From Candidatus Spongiisociaceae bacterium (GTDB lineage Bacteria; Actinomycetota; Acidimicrobiia; Spongiisociales; Spongiisociaceae), in the NCBI GenBank assembly GCA_965262915.1, contig OZ253564.1:1440001-1504000 (forward strand): DNA of 64,000 nucleotides, read 5' to 3'. Shown in pieces: positions 10,325-20,758 of the stretch; the first letter of the stretch is position 1, and each line of letters starts with the position of its first letter. Position numbers and translations under genes: made by a program. A model generated the notes under the pieces. It made no database searches. It saw nothing but the letters and a program-made list of their open reading frames with translations, and was not told the DNA's origin.

Positions 10325-10990
10325 ATGCTCGAACTCGGCGGACGCCGGATCGAAACGGTCGCAATAGTAGACGACGACCCAAAAAGCCGAGACAGCCTCG
10401 CTATGTGCGTCGATGACTCCCCGATCAAGCCATTCCCGCTCGGCGGCCCGCTGGGCAGCATCGAAGCTGTCTACCGGTTGATCCAATCCGAAGCGCAGGG
10501 ATGTATATGCGATCACCAGCTGCAAACAAGAGGACCCTACGCTCGCTTCTCCGGTGCAGAATTGGCGGCTTGGAACAATCGGCATGGTCTGCCGTCCGTC
10601 CTCTGCACGCGATTCATCGAGAGTGACACTCAGATGCCGCTCATCCGAGGATATCTGAAGGACCTACCTGTGCTCCGCAGGCCGGAGCAATTGGAGGAGC
10701 CCGAGCACATCCTCGAGGCCCTTGAGGTATGCGTAGCGGAGTTGAGCGGTTCACTCACTCCCGAGCGGCGCTCCTGGAGGACGCAGGTAGTTGTCGAACA
10801 ACTCGACGCCATGGACCGGACCCTCTCGGTCTCGCTCCCAGCCTGGCAGGTCGATGATCCGGTTCGCGTACGAATAGATGATGTCCCCGCTGGTCTGCGC
10901 GACAGGCTAAAGATCGGATTCTGGACGTTCGTCCGCGCCAACGTCGGTGAATCACAACCGGAATTACTCTACATCGACTGGCCCGACTGA
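10325..10990 (+). CDS. Response-regulator receiver domain + uncharacterised C-terminal beta domain
   Basis: AIVDDD, ICDHQL (phospho-Asp), SGAELA, VLCT; 4 bp after the kinase. Confidence 0.8.
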   Translation: MLELGGRRIETVAIVDDDPKSRDSLAMCVDDSPIKPFPLGGPLGSIEAVYRLIQSEAQGCICDHQLQTRGPYARFSGAELAAWNNRHGLPSVLCTRFIESDTQMPLIRGYLKDLPVLRRPEQLEEPEHILEALEVCVAELSGSLTPERRSWRTQVVVEQLDAMDRTLSVSLPAWQVDDPVRVRIDDVPAGLRDRLKIGFWTFVRANVGESQPELLYIDWPD

Positions 10991-12007
10991 ATGACGAAGG
11001 TCGTCATCTTGGATGTTGGGCACGGTAACTGTGCTGTAGTACAGGACGGCAAGAGATGCCTCGTGGTTGACGCAGGCCCGGGTACTGCGCTACTGGAGTT
11101 CATCCGAGAGGCTGAGATCGACGTCGTGGAGGAGATGCTGATCTCACATGCTGACACCGATCACCTCAAGGGAGTTCAGACTCTACTTGACCAAGATGTG
11201 ATATCTGTCAGAAGTGTGCGTGTCAACAGCGACGCTGCCAAGAACACCGTGCAGTGGGATGGCATGCTGCGTTCGCTAGACGATCGTAACCGTCGGGGGA
11301 CGATTCGTTTCGCAGTACAACTCATGGAAGGTGATCAGATTACATTCTGCGATACCGTCGTGGAAGTACTGGCTCCTAGTGGATACTTAGCGGGCAAGGG
11401 ACCTGGTAGTCGCGATCCAACCGGTCGACGCATCACGACGAACACTGTCAGCGCGGTCGTTCGGGTACGCATGCCTGACCAATCGGTGCTATTCACTGGC
11501 GACCTTGACGAGGTTGGCTTGAAGCTACTCACAGAAACTGATCAAGACTTACATGCTGACGTGCTGGTATTCCCTCATCATGGAGGACACGTCAGTAACT
11601 CTGCTACTCCAGCTCGCAATCGCCGCTTTGCCGAACGGCTGCTATCAGCAGTAAGCCCCAAGATCGTGGTGTTCTCACTCTCACGTGTCAAGTACTCGAA
11701 TCCTCGTCATGAGATCATCGAAGCAGTGAGGACAAATCCGCTTCGAAAGGTGATGTGTACACAAATGTCACAGAACTGTCTCGACGAGGCCCCGAACGAC
11801 GACGAACACCTAGCGAATGTATTCGCCGATGGTAGGCGGTCGGGCCACTGTTGTGCGGGTACCATCGTCATCGCAGGTTCAACTCTTTATCCGTCAGTCT
11901 CCTCCCACACAGACTTCGTGCGTGGAAGGGCCCCTAACGCGCTCTGCAGGCCACTCACCTTAGGGTCAGAGGAGCTAAGAAAGGATGCACTGCTCCCGGA
12001 GCAGTAA
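10991..12007 (+). CDS. ComEC/Rec2-like metallo-beta-lactamase-fold hydrolase (probable nuclease)
   Basis: LDVGHGNC, ISHADTDHLKG, LFTGD, FPHHGG; no TM segments; Cys-rich tail; abuts the receiver gene. Confidence 0.85.
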   Translation: MTKVVILDVGHGNCAVVQDGKRCLVVDAGPGTALLEFIREAEIDVVEEMLISHADTDHLKGVQTLLDQDVISVRSVRVNSDAAKNTVQWDGMLRSLDDRNRRGTIRFAVQLMEGDQITFCDTVVEVLAPSGYLAGKGPGSRDPTGRRITTNTVSAVVRVRMPDQSVLFTGDLDEVGLKLLTETDQDLHADVLVFPHHGGHVSNSATPARNRRFAERLLSAVSPKIVVFSLSRVKYSNPRHEIIEAVRTNPLRKVMCTQMSQNCLDEAPNDDEHLANVFADGRRSGHCCAGTIVIAGSTLYPSVSSHTDFVRGRAPNALCRPLTLGSEELRKDALLPEQ

Positions 12008-12270
12008 CGTACGGACAGTGGAGTCCCCCGGGGCTGGCCGTCGGCCGCGATGAGCCACGAAAGTTTGCGAGGCGCCGCAGGGCAAGCGCATGATCCATTT
12101 CGGGACACCCAACATAGGAGCGAGCTCCAAGAGAACGGTTCGCAGTATCCTGTGCGCAACTGCGTGGGATCGGGCAGGGCCCGTTTGTTCTCATGGCCGA
12201 TCGAAAGGGGCTTCCTCGAGCCCAGCCCTGCTTCATGACCCTCTCCAACGTCGTGATCTGTTGGGAGCAA

Positions 12271-13170
12271 TCACATTTGTTCGACGTAGCTGGCAGCGAT
12301 GTGTTCGGGTGGGTTGGTGTAGCGGGCTATGTACTGTTGGGATCGGTGGCCGAGGCGTCGTTCGAGTTCGTAGGGGTCGGCGTTGGTGGCTTGGGCGAGC
12401 CCGAACGCGAACGTGTGGCGCAGGTCGTGGGGTCGGAGCGGACTGATGTGGCGTTGGGGTTCGGTATGTTCTGCGTCGTGGATTCGGCCGATACGTTCGA
12501 GGATGGTGTTGATGCTGCGGCCGGAGAGGCGCCCGTCCGGGCGGCGGCTGTTCACCGAAGCGGCGGACAGGAACAACGCGGTGGACTCGTCGGTGGCGTC
12601 GGCCGGTCGTTCCTTCTCCAGGTAGTCGGCTAGTGCGTGGCGGGCGTCGACGGAGAGGAAGACTGTGCGCTGAGTTTTTCCTTTGCCCCGAACACCTACG
12701 ATCCGGGCGCGGCGGGCGGCACGCAGCAGTGCTGGTCGGGACGGTTGAACCTGGTCGAGGTCAAGCAGCACAAGTTCGAGGCGTCGGAGTCCGGTGGACA
12801 ACAGCACGAACACGATTGCACGATCTCGGACGGGTCGGCTGTGGCCATGCAGCCGAGGCGGATCCCCTCTCCCCCGCCGCCGGCCCTTACGTTGGCTGTA
12901 TCTTTCCAGCCGATCGCATAGGTTCTTGAGTGATCTCACCTGTCCCGGGGCGAGGCTGCGCGGTTCCAACGGTGGTAGCGGCAACGCAGAGACACCGGTG
13001 GACGGGTTTCCGGTCGCGAACAGCCCGGGCTCTTGTGCGCTCACCCAGGTGGTGAATCCCGACAGCGACGCTAGATGATTGTTGACAGTGGCCGGAGCCA
13101 ACGTGTCGGCGAGTCTACGCTGCCAGTCGATCACGTCGCGGCGGCCTACGGGGGGGATCCCTTCGTGCCT
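12271..13170 (-). CDS. Tyrosine recombinase type A (5' end apparently replaced/truncated)
   Basis: RDRAIVFVLLSTGLR, GKG, HDLRHTFA, LGH, IARYT; core-binding domain starts abruptly. Confidence 0.85.
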   Translation of the reverse strand, partial: RHEGIPPVGRRDVIDWQRRLADTLAPATVNNHLASLSGFTTWVSAQEPGLFATGNPSTGVSALPLPPLEPRSLAPGQVRSLKNLCDRLERYSQRKGRRRGRGDPPRLHGHSRPVRDRAIVFVLLSTGLRRLELVLLDLDQVQPSRPALLRAARRARIVGVRGKGKTQRTVFLSVDARHALADYLEKERPADATDESTALFLSAASVNSRRPDGRLSGRSINTILERIGRIHDAEHTEPQRHISPLRPHDLRHTFAFGLAQATNADPYELERRLGHRSQQYIARYTNPPEHIAASYVEQM

Positions 13171-13481
13171 TTCGTGAAGGGAATCCGGGGAGTTACGACC
13201 TCTATTTCGGGCCTGGGGTGCTGCCAGGGTACTGGTTGCCTTCACAGAAGGGGCATTCCCTGAACCAAACCTATACCACCCCCGAAACCGCCCCCGACCC
13301 GTGAGGTGTTACGTCGCATAGTGGTGAGGCTCACGGCCTGGCGGAACCTCCTCGCAGGGAGACCCGCCCGGTTCTGGTCATCGAGATAGCCCTTGCCCTG
13401 CATGGCCATCGACCGTGACCGACGAGGTAAGGGCTACCCCTTACCTACGGCAGAGGACACCGATTCGACGTCCCCCCGGGT

Positions 13482-13790
13482 CTAGGAGCCCGCGGCTGCG
13501 GCTGCGGGTTGGTAGGGCTCGACGTTGGTCCGGTCTTCGTTGAGGCGTGCTTGGGCGAGGTCGTAGTACGTTTGGAGTCGCATCCAGAACTCGGCGTTGG
13601 ACCATCCGATCTTCTCGAGGCGGATTGCCATTTCTGGTGAGATTCCGCCGCGGCCGTTGAGGACGCGGGAGAGTGTGGGGCGGGTTACGCCGAGGATGCG
13701 GGCTGCTTCGGTGACGGTGAGACCTTCGGCCTCGATGCAGTCCTCTTTGATGGTGCCGCCAGGATGTGGGGGGGTTTTCATCATGGGCAT
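13482..13790 (-). CDS. higA: HigA-family antitoxin
   Basis: PPHPG...[23 protein letters not shown]...ISPEMAIRL...[11 protein letters not shown]. Confidence 0.9.
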   Translation of the reverse strand: MPMMKTPPHPGGTIKEDCIEAEGLTVTEAARILGVTRPTLSRVLNGRGGISPEMAIRLEKIGWSNAEFWMRLQTYYDLAQARLNEDRTNVEPYQPAAAAAGS

Positions 13791-13802
13791 TGGTGTTCGC
13801 TC

Positions 13803-13856
13803 CTAGTTGTGGTAGTCGATTAGGTCCACGTCGTAGACGTGGTCTCCGTCCATCCG
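13803..13856 (-). pseudogene. higB: Last codons of a HigB toxin
   Basis: DGDHVYDVDLIDYH, the typical HigB C-terminus, directly upstream of higA; the rest is deleted. Confidence 0.75.
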
Positions 13857-13896
13857 GACTCCAGGAGGCGCTGATGTCACCTTTTGGTGATATCAT

Positions 13897-14112
13897 ATGG
13901 TCATGATGAGGCAGACTACCGTGCGGCTCCCCGATGATCTGATGGACGACGCGCAGACGGTCGCCCGCGTCCAGGGCACCAGTATGAACCAGCTCGTGAT
14001 CGACTCGTTGCGTGCAGAGATCAACCGCGTCAGAGGAGACGACGACTTCACATCGCGTGCCCGTCGGCTGTTGAAGAGAGACCGAGAACTCCTTGACCGT
14101 TTGGCCAGGTGA
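13897..14112 (+). CDS. Ribbon-helix-helix antitoxin
   Basis: QTTVRLPDDL...GTSMNQLV...RELLDRLA; GTGA overlap with the toxin. Confidence 0.8.
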   Translation: MVMMRQTTVRLPDDLMDDAQTVARVQGTSMNQLVIDSLRAEINRVRGDDDFTSRARRLLKRDRELLDRLAR

Positions 14113-14510
14113 CAAGATATCTTGATCTAGCCGAGTACCTTTGGCTAGCCGAGCAGGTCACAGGCGTTCCCGCAGAGACGCTAACGCTGCCAGGGCGGAT
14201 CGAACTCGCCGATTCCGCTTTACACGCTCCGATGGCGGCCTTCGGAGGCGAGGAGTTTTACCCGGATCTCGTCGCGAAGGCAGCTGTGCTCTGCTACCGC
14301 CTCGTTCGTAACCATCCGCTGCCGGACGGGAACAAGCGTGCTGGATGGGCCGCGTTGGTCGTCTTTGTGGACCTCAACGCCGGACGGTGGGATCCTGACC
14401 CTCCTGATATCGACGACGCCGAACAGGCGATGCTTGCGGTAGCGGGCGGGTACATGGACGAACATGCCTTCACCCGATGGGTACAGGAGAGGGTGACCTT
14501 CGGGCGTTGA
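14109..14510 (+). CDS. doc: Doc/Fic-family toxin
   Basis: YPDLVAKAAVL...NHPLPDGNKRAG. Confidence 0.88.
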   Translation: MTRYLDLAEYLWLAEQVTGVPAETLTLPGRIELADSALHAPMAAFGGEEFYPDLVAKAAVLCYRLVRNHPLPDGNKRAGWAALVVFVDLNAGRWDPDPPDIDDAEQAMLAVAGGYMDEHAFTRWVQERVTFGR

Positions 14511-14697
14511 TTCCCGCCCAGACCCCCCGTACACCACAAGAACGGACGCCACCAACCCTCCGATGTGGGGCGGTAGTGCACATATGGGACGGATATGTGC
14601 AATACCCGCACCACCCGAAACGCTGTGACCAGGCGGTTCGTGTCCGACCTCACGATAGTTGGCGAATTTTCACGGACGTGGCGAACTTTTTCATCTA

Positions 14698-14859
14698 GGG
14701 CCTGTTCACGCTATTCGGATGGATATCCCCTAGTATTGGTTTAAGGTAGATTTCGTTACAGCCTTGGGATGTCACGGCCAAACCCTTTGACTATATCCGC
14801 TCTTATAGATTGCTACCCAACGAACATTCCGTGGGCTGGGGACTTGTGTGAACAGGCCC
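14698..14859. mobile_element. IS5-family-derived MITE (162 bp)
   Basis: IRs gggcctgttcac / gtgaacaggccc flanked by TA on both sides; ends resemble the IS5 at 41850. Confidence 0.8.
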
Positions 14860-15068
14860 TAGTTGGCGAATGAGCCTTCGGTGTTCACCGCGACACGCCG
14901 GTCTTTTACTATTCGCTGGAATTCTCCCGTGATATGGGAACGGTGCCGTGTCCTGGGGTTCTGAGGTCAATCCTCTCTCCCGCTACCTACCCGACGGGTG
15001 TTAGCGGTTTCGTCTCCGATACCGTGGCAACCTCCACCGCAGACCTGCGTGACGGATGCGGCGGTGAC

Positions 15069-15510
15069 TCACATGTGTTCGATGTAGCTGGCGGCGATGT
15101 GTTCGGGTGGGTTGGTGTAGCGGGCTATGTAGCGTTGTGATCGGTGGCCGAGGCGGCGTTCGGGTTCGTAGGGGTCTGCGTTGGTTGCTTGGGCGAGCCC
15201 GAACGCGAATGTGTGGCGGAGGTCGTGGGGTCGGAGTGGGCTTATGCGGCGTTGGGGTTCGGTGTGTTCTGCGTCGTGGAGCCGGCCGATGCGTTCGAGG
15301 ATGGTGTTGATGCTTCGTCCGGCGAGGCGCCCGTCGGGGCGGCGGCTGCTCACCGATGCGGCGGATAGGAACAATGCGGTGGACTCGGGGGTGGCGTCGA
15401 CCGGTCGTTCCTCCTCGAGGTAGTCGGCGAGGGCGTGGCGGGCGTCGACGGAGAGGAACACGGTTCGCTGGGTTTTTCCTTTGCCCCGAACACCCACAAC
15501 CCGGGCGCGG
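15069..15510 (-). pseudogene. C-terminal duplicate of tyrosine recombinase type A
   Basis: Highly similar to 12271-12715; fused to an IS256 scar. Confidence 0.85.
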
Positions 15511-15730
15511 CCGGCGCCCTACTCGCCGAACAACACGACGAAGGGGCCATCACCCGACGTTACATGAGCGCCCACTGCCTCAACCAGGCCCGCATCCGGC
15601 TCATCGAACCCGAACCCCAACAACTCACCGAGGAGGTCGCACTCCGAACCCAAATCAGCTGAGGCTGCGCGTCGGGACCTGCGCCGGGCGAACGAGATCT
15701 TGAAGTCGGCGTCGGCTTTCTTCTTGCCCA
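15510..15730 (+). pseudogene. IS256 transposase C-terminal fragment followed by an IS3 orfA fragment
   Basis: GALLAEQHDE...RRYMS (IS256), then [15 protein letters not shown] (IS3 orfA). Confidence 0.7.
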
Positions 15731-16591
15731 CCAACAAGGCGGGCGACGCCGGGTGGGTTCCCACGTTCACCATCTGATCGATCGACAAGGGAGGCAGCCG
15801 GCTCTACCCCCACAGCATCGCCGCACCTACGCAGCAGACTTTCGATACGGCCGCAGGACCGAAGTGATGAATCCGGCCTCGGAGTCACCCCCAAAATGGG
15901 GGTGTGCGCTGCAAACCGGCCCTATCCACCAGATTTGAGCCGGCGAGCAACTTACGGGGCTTCAGCCGCTGGTTCAATCGCGTTCTATCTTCGTGTCTCG
16001 CTTGCCGGACCCACACCATCTGATGGTGCTGATTTGCCCCGTCGTTGTGAGGGCTGCTCCCACCCTCCCCTGCGCTCCCAGGATCAGGCTGCCCTCAGCT
16101 TCAACCCGCCCGCTGCGACGAGCCAGCAGCGGAGCCCTTCCATCTCCGCACGATCGGGAAGCGCCGAGTGGCGGACTATCACACGAGAGTGAATTGCCCC
16201 GTTGAGGCGGCCGAGAGCGTTGGGGATCACCGCACTGACCTCAATGGCCGCCATGAACGGGCCGAACGCCTGCGACGACTGGCGACATCGCCCGGCAGTA
16301 ACTTGCGGATGCTTGGCTGGATCGACGACCGCGCTGGAAGTACGCCGAGTCGATAACCGACGGGCCCGGTGTGCTGGCCGCCTACTACGCCTTGTGCGAG
16401 GCCCAAGGGCTGCCCCGCCCCAGCGTGGTCACCTAACTCCGCAGCGGCCAGCGGCCAGCGGCGGGCGGCGCCGACCGGAGGACTGGACTATCGGCTCGTT
16501 GCTAGTGGCTCCGTCTCGGCCTACACTGCACGAGTTGCAGCTCCGGGTTCGCCCTCCGAGGTCGGTTACCGTCTGTAAGGAGGCTTCCGCT

Positions 16592-18241
16592 ATGGATTCT
16601 GTTGCGTGTCGTGTCCGCTGGGCGGGGATCTTGGCGATCCTGGCTCTGACTGCTGCGGTGGCCGCTTGCAGTGGGGACTCGGCGCCTGAGCCGTCCGCGC
16701 CGGACACGTCGTCACCTTCGCCGTCGGTCACCGAGGCGTCCGCGCCGGACACGTCGTCACCTTCGCCGTCGGTCACCGAGGCGTCCGCGGTCACCGACAC
16801 CACGACGCCCCAGCCCACGGCGCCTGAGCCGTCCGTAGCGGCCAGCGAACTCGCCGTCTACATAGACGAGGACACGATCCTACGAGAAGTCTTCGATGCC
16901 TTCGCCGGCTCGGAGCAAGCATGCATCCGCGGCGCCGTCGACGACGAGTTGTTGGAGTCTGTGCTGGACATGCTTGTGCTGTCCGATGACCTTACCGATG
17001 AGTTGGCGGCGTCGATAGTGTCATGTCTCGCTCCGGAGACCGCCCGCGAGTTCCTCCTCTCGGCGTTCATTGCAAGTTTGGAGACGGAGGGGTTGACCGC
17101 CGAGGTAGGGACGAACGCAGAAGCGTGCATGCGAGAGTTCTTGGCTGACATCGACGTGGCCGCAATGGCGAGCGCCATGACTTCTGAGTCTGGCGATCCT
17201 GTCTTTGGCGACGGCTTGTTGGGCTGCATTCACGCCGACGCTCTCAGGGAGGCGACGCCGGTGACGGTCGGCGAGCCTGCGCCCGGCCAGATCAACCACG
17301 ACGACGACGTCGACTTCTTCGTGTTCGAGAGTGAGGAGGGCGAGTTCTACCAGATCGACGTGACGCTGGGAACGCTGCCCGATTCCGTCGCGACTCTCTA
17401 CGACTCCGACGGGTTTGAGCTGGGCTACAGCGACGGTTACGGCGACACCGCCGCATCGCGCATCTATTGGGAAGCGCAAAGCTCAGGGGACCACTACGTC
17501 GCTGTGGAGAGCTGGTCCGGCGTCGGCTCGTACACCCTGACGATCGCGGTCGTCAACATCGCCGACGACCACGCCGGCGCTCTCAGGGAGGCGACGCCGG
17601 TGACGGTCGGCGAGCCTGCGCCCGGCGAGATCAACCCCGACGCCGCCGGCGACGTCGACTTTTTCGTGTTCGAGAGTGAGGAGGGCGAGTTCTACCAGAT
17701 CGACGTGACGCTGGGAACGCTGTCGGATTCCGTCGCGACTCTCTACGACTCCGACGGGTTTGAGCTGGGCTACAGCGACGGTTACGGCGACACCGCCGCA
17801 TCGCGCATCTATTGGGAAGCGCAAAGCTCAGGGGACCACTACGTCGCTGTGGAGAGCTGGTCCGGCGTCGGCTCGTACACCCTGACGATCGCGGTCGCTG
17901 ACATCGCCGACGACCACGCCGGCGCTCTCAGGGAGGCGACGCCGGTGACGGTCGGCGAGCCTGCGCCCGGCGAGATCAACTACGACGTCGACGTCGACTT
18001 TTTCGTGTTCGAGGGTGAGGAGGGCGAGTTCTACCAGATCGACGTGACGCTGGGAACGTTGTCCGATTCCGTCGCGGCTCTCTACGACTCCGACGGGTTT
18101 GAGCTGGGCTACAGCGACGGTTACGGCGACACCGCCGCATCGCGCATCTATTGGGAAGCGCAAAGCTCAGGGGACTACTACGTCGCTGTGGAGAGCTGGT
18201 CCGGCGTCGGCTCGTACACCCTGACGATCGCCACTCGATAG
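16592..18241 (+). CDS. Acidic lipoprotein with three near-identical PPC-like (pre-peptidase C-terminal) domains
   Basis: RBS aaggagg; lipobox VAAC; S/T/P linker with a 45-bp duplication; three ~115-aa repeats DxDFFVF...GEFYQIDV...DSVATLYD...YVAV...GSYTLTI. Confidence 0.82.
   Translation: MDSVACRVRWAGILAILALTAAVAACSGDSAPEPSAPDTSSPSPSVTEASAPDTSSPSPSVTEASAVTDTTTPQPTAPEPSVAASELAVYIDEDTILREVFDAFAGSEQACIRGAVDDELLESVLDMLVLSDDLTDELAASIVSCLAPETAREFLLSAFIASLETEGLTAEVGTNAEACMREFLADIDVAAMASAMTSESGDPVFGDGLLGCIHADALREATPVTVGEPAPGQINHDDDVDFFVFESEEGEFYQIDVTLGTLPDSVATLYDSDGFELGYSDGYGDTAASRIYWEAQSSGDHYVAVESWSGVGSYTLTIAVVNIADDHAGALREATPVTVGEPAPGEINPDAAGDVDFFVFESEEGEFYQIDVTLGTLSDSVATLYDSDGFELGYSDGYGDTAASRIYWEAQSSGDHYVAVESWSGVGSYTLTIAVADIADDHAGALREATPVTVGEPAPGEINYDVDVDFFVFEGEEGEFYQIDVTLGTLSDSVAALYDSDGFELGYSDGYGDTAASRIYWEAQSSGDYYVAVESWSGVGSYTLTIATR
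17239..18233 (+). repeat. Three ~340-bp tandem coding repeats
   Basis: Near-identical DNA units starting near 17240, 17577 and 17922. Confidence 0.92.
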
Positions 18242-18657
18242 AGCCGCGGCTAGGCGACCGTTCCTCTCGGTCCGCTTCGGGCGTGCCTGGGGGTTGGGCT
18301 GCTCAAGGGCTGGCGGGGCATGCTCGTCAAGGCGACTGCCGGAGCCGGGAAGCCGCTGCCGCCGGGAGACTCCTGCTACAGGCCGAATGTGCCGTCGAGG
18401 CGGGTCTTCCAGTTGCCGGAGGCCACCGTGCCTCCGTCGACGAGGATGGACTCCCCGTTGACAACATAGGCCCTGGAACATTGCTCGTCGTTGTTGTGCT
18501 TGCCGCGGTCGGTGCGGGAATCGGATACGCCATCTCTAGGCGTCGCGCCGCTTGATGGGGCTAATCCTGTAGCTCGACCCCCGCGCAATCGCTCACATGG
18601 CGAGGCGAGCGCCGCCAACGACCTAGGCCAGAATCCTCACAGCCAGCGTCAAGGACC

Positions 18658-19236
18658 TGAGCCTCACCGGGTTTCACGCAGGCTGTTTGTTGTGAGTCTC
18701 AGCCTGGTTGGGGGCGCAGCTCCCCGTCCCGGCGGCTGCGGGCCGATCGGCGTTCGGGTTCCCGTTCCCGCCGTTTGTGCTCGCAAGGAGACAGACGGGG
18801 CGATCGGCAACTCAGCACAAATCGGCTCGACCCCATAGGCCTTTCGGTGATCGTCGATGAAGGTGGTCATCTCCGGGGTCGGCGGTCGAACACCTCTGCC
18901 TGGGCGAAATACGCAGACGCCTAACCCAAGATCTCATTCGCCCGCCGCAGCTCCCGGCGCAAGGCTCTGAGCCGCTCCCGCTCTGGACAGCTCAACCCAG
19001 GCCGCAGACCCTGATCCGTCTCAGCACGCCGAACCCATTTGCGTAGCGTCTCCGACGAACACCCGAACTTCTCCGCTCCCGAACAGATAGCCGCCCACCC
19101 AGAACGGTGCTCCCCCCGATGCTCTGACACCATCCGGACAGCACGCTCCCGCACCTCCGGCGAATACATCATCAGTCTTCCCATGACTCCATTATCTCCC
19201 AACTAATCGAGTCTCCGGAAAACCCGGTACGGTTCA
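18658..19236 (-). mobile_element. Internally deleted IS3-family element (relative of 52114-54893)
   Basis: Degenerate orfA and orfB start almost identical to 54370-54893; ends tgagcctcaccgggttt / aaacccggtacggttca. Confidence 0.85.
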
Positions 19237-19298
19237 ATAAGCCAAGTGTCCAGCACATGGGGGGAACTCCAGTCGGCTTCGAGCCGCTGTGGCGTTGG

Positions 19299-19901
19299 CT
19301 AGCTGCTGGCTGCGATTTGGAGTACGTAGGGGTTGTTGAGGGTGGCGTTTGCGGGTGGTGCGTCAACCTCGACAGTGTGGACACCGCCCGGTTCGATGGT
19401 GACCGCCTCGAAGATGTGTTCCCCGCCTTGTTCGTCCCCGCTTTGTTCGTCCCCGCTGGCTGCTTGCCATGACAGTTCGTATCCGTGCAGGTCGACCGGG
19501 TAGCTACCAAGGTTCGACACGGTAACCGTGCGGTTGTCTTGGTTGACTTCCACCACCAGGTTTTTTTGCAACACACCGATGCTGCCCGCGGCTAGGAAGT
19601 TCGCCACTTCCGCACGCGTCGCCCCATCGGGGTACAGCCGGTCCACGACCTTGGCGATCTGGGCGGCGGTGATCGTCTCGTCAGGTCTCAGCGTACCGTC
19701 ACCGTAACCCTTGAACCATCCCTCGTTCTCCGCGATGCGGATACCCACGTAAAGGCGGTGGTCCTTGGTGACATCTGTGAATTCGGTCAACGTTTCGTCA
19801 TCGAACGAGCTTTCCCCCGGAATCTCAGCGCAGTCGTCCCACGCTGCCGCCATAAGCAACAACGCAACAACCACTCCGACGATTCGTTTAGCTACGGTCA
19901 T
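19299..19901 (-). CDS. Secreted S-layer-homology (SLH) domain protein
   Basis: Signal peptide; FTDV...GWFKGYGDGTLRPDETIT...ATRAEVA; C-terminal beta-sandwich-like VTVSNLG..PVDLHGYEL. Confidence 0.75.
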   Translation of the reverse strand: MTVAKRIVGVVVALLLMAAAWDDCAEIPGESSFDDETLTEFTDVTKDHRLYVGIRIAENEGWFKGYGDGTLRPDETITAAQIAKVVDRLYPDGATRAEVANFLAAGSIGVLQKNLVVEVNQDNRTVTVSNLGSYPVDLHGYELSWQAASGDEQSGDEQGGEHIFEAVTIEPGGVHTVEVDAPPANATLNNPYVLQIAASS

Positions 19902-20758
19902 CTTCAAGCCCCTCTCGGCCCTTTCATACTTGTGGTCTAGCGTAGGTGCCCGGCCAAGAGGGACCTGCAATCTGCAACGGTCAGGCTTGTCGTGGTGGGG
20001 TCCTCGCGGCCCTTAAAGCGGTTGTAATGGTGGTTAGCGTTCGGAAGCCCATTTTGGGATGTTTCCGCCCCGAAACCCTCCCTCGGGGGAGAGAGCCGCC
20101 ACGAACCACCGAACACGGCACCCATTTCGGCCTCCCCGGTGCGGGGTAGCCGCCGATCAGGTGACCGGCGGGCGGTGCCCTGGCGGATCATCCGGGAGCA
20201 CAGGCGCCGACATACCGGGCCGCAACTGTCACGACATCCTGGAGGGGAGCCGGCCATCCTGGCTGTTCGCTGCCCGCAGCGGAGGACCCCTCCGCTGGAG
20301 GGGGCTCGGGGGGGAGTTAGGGCTGGCCGGGGTGTTTGAGGACAGCCAGCGCCACAGGTCGTCTCCGTTCGGGTCCTCGCCGGCGTGGTGGATGCTCAGT
20401 GTCGGGGATTTGCGAAACGGTGGGGCCTTGGCTACGCACGAGGCTGCCTGGTGGATCAGTTGACGGCAGGGCGCAAGCAGGTACTCGAAGGGGACGGATG
20501 GGGCAGCGTTGCTGTAGGGGTTTGAGATAGCAGCAGCGTTACGCAGGGGTAGCGACTCGGTTTCGAACGTTGAGAGGTCCGCCAGTTTTGACGCGTGGCC
20601 CATGTGAAGCCGACCACCTCGCCGGCTGTGTTGAGGTCCACGTTCAGCCCACCGACTACCTCGCGTGTCTCCGTGCCCGCGGGTTGTAGCAGCGTCGGTC
20701 ACGTCATTGTGGCGTCGCCCGCTTCGGGACGGCTCACACACCCGGACGGTCGCAGCGG

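Noticed and set aside
13170-13190. Possible IS1380-like end (cccggattcccttcacg on the minus strand) truncating recombinase A
   Set aside because: Only one short end, with no partner or transposase; insufficient support.
16202-16591. N-terminal extension of the lipoprotein ORF
   Set aside because: A strong RBS and lipoprotein signal place the start at 16592.
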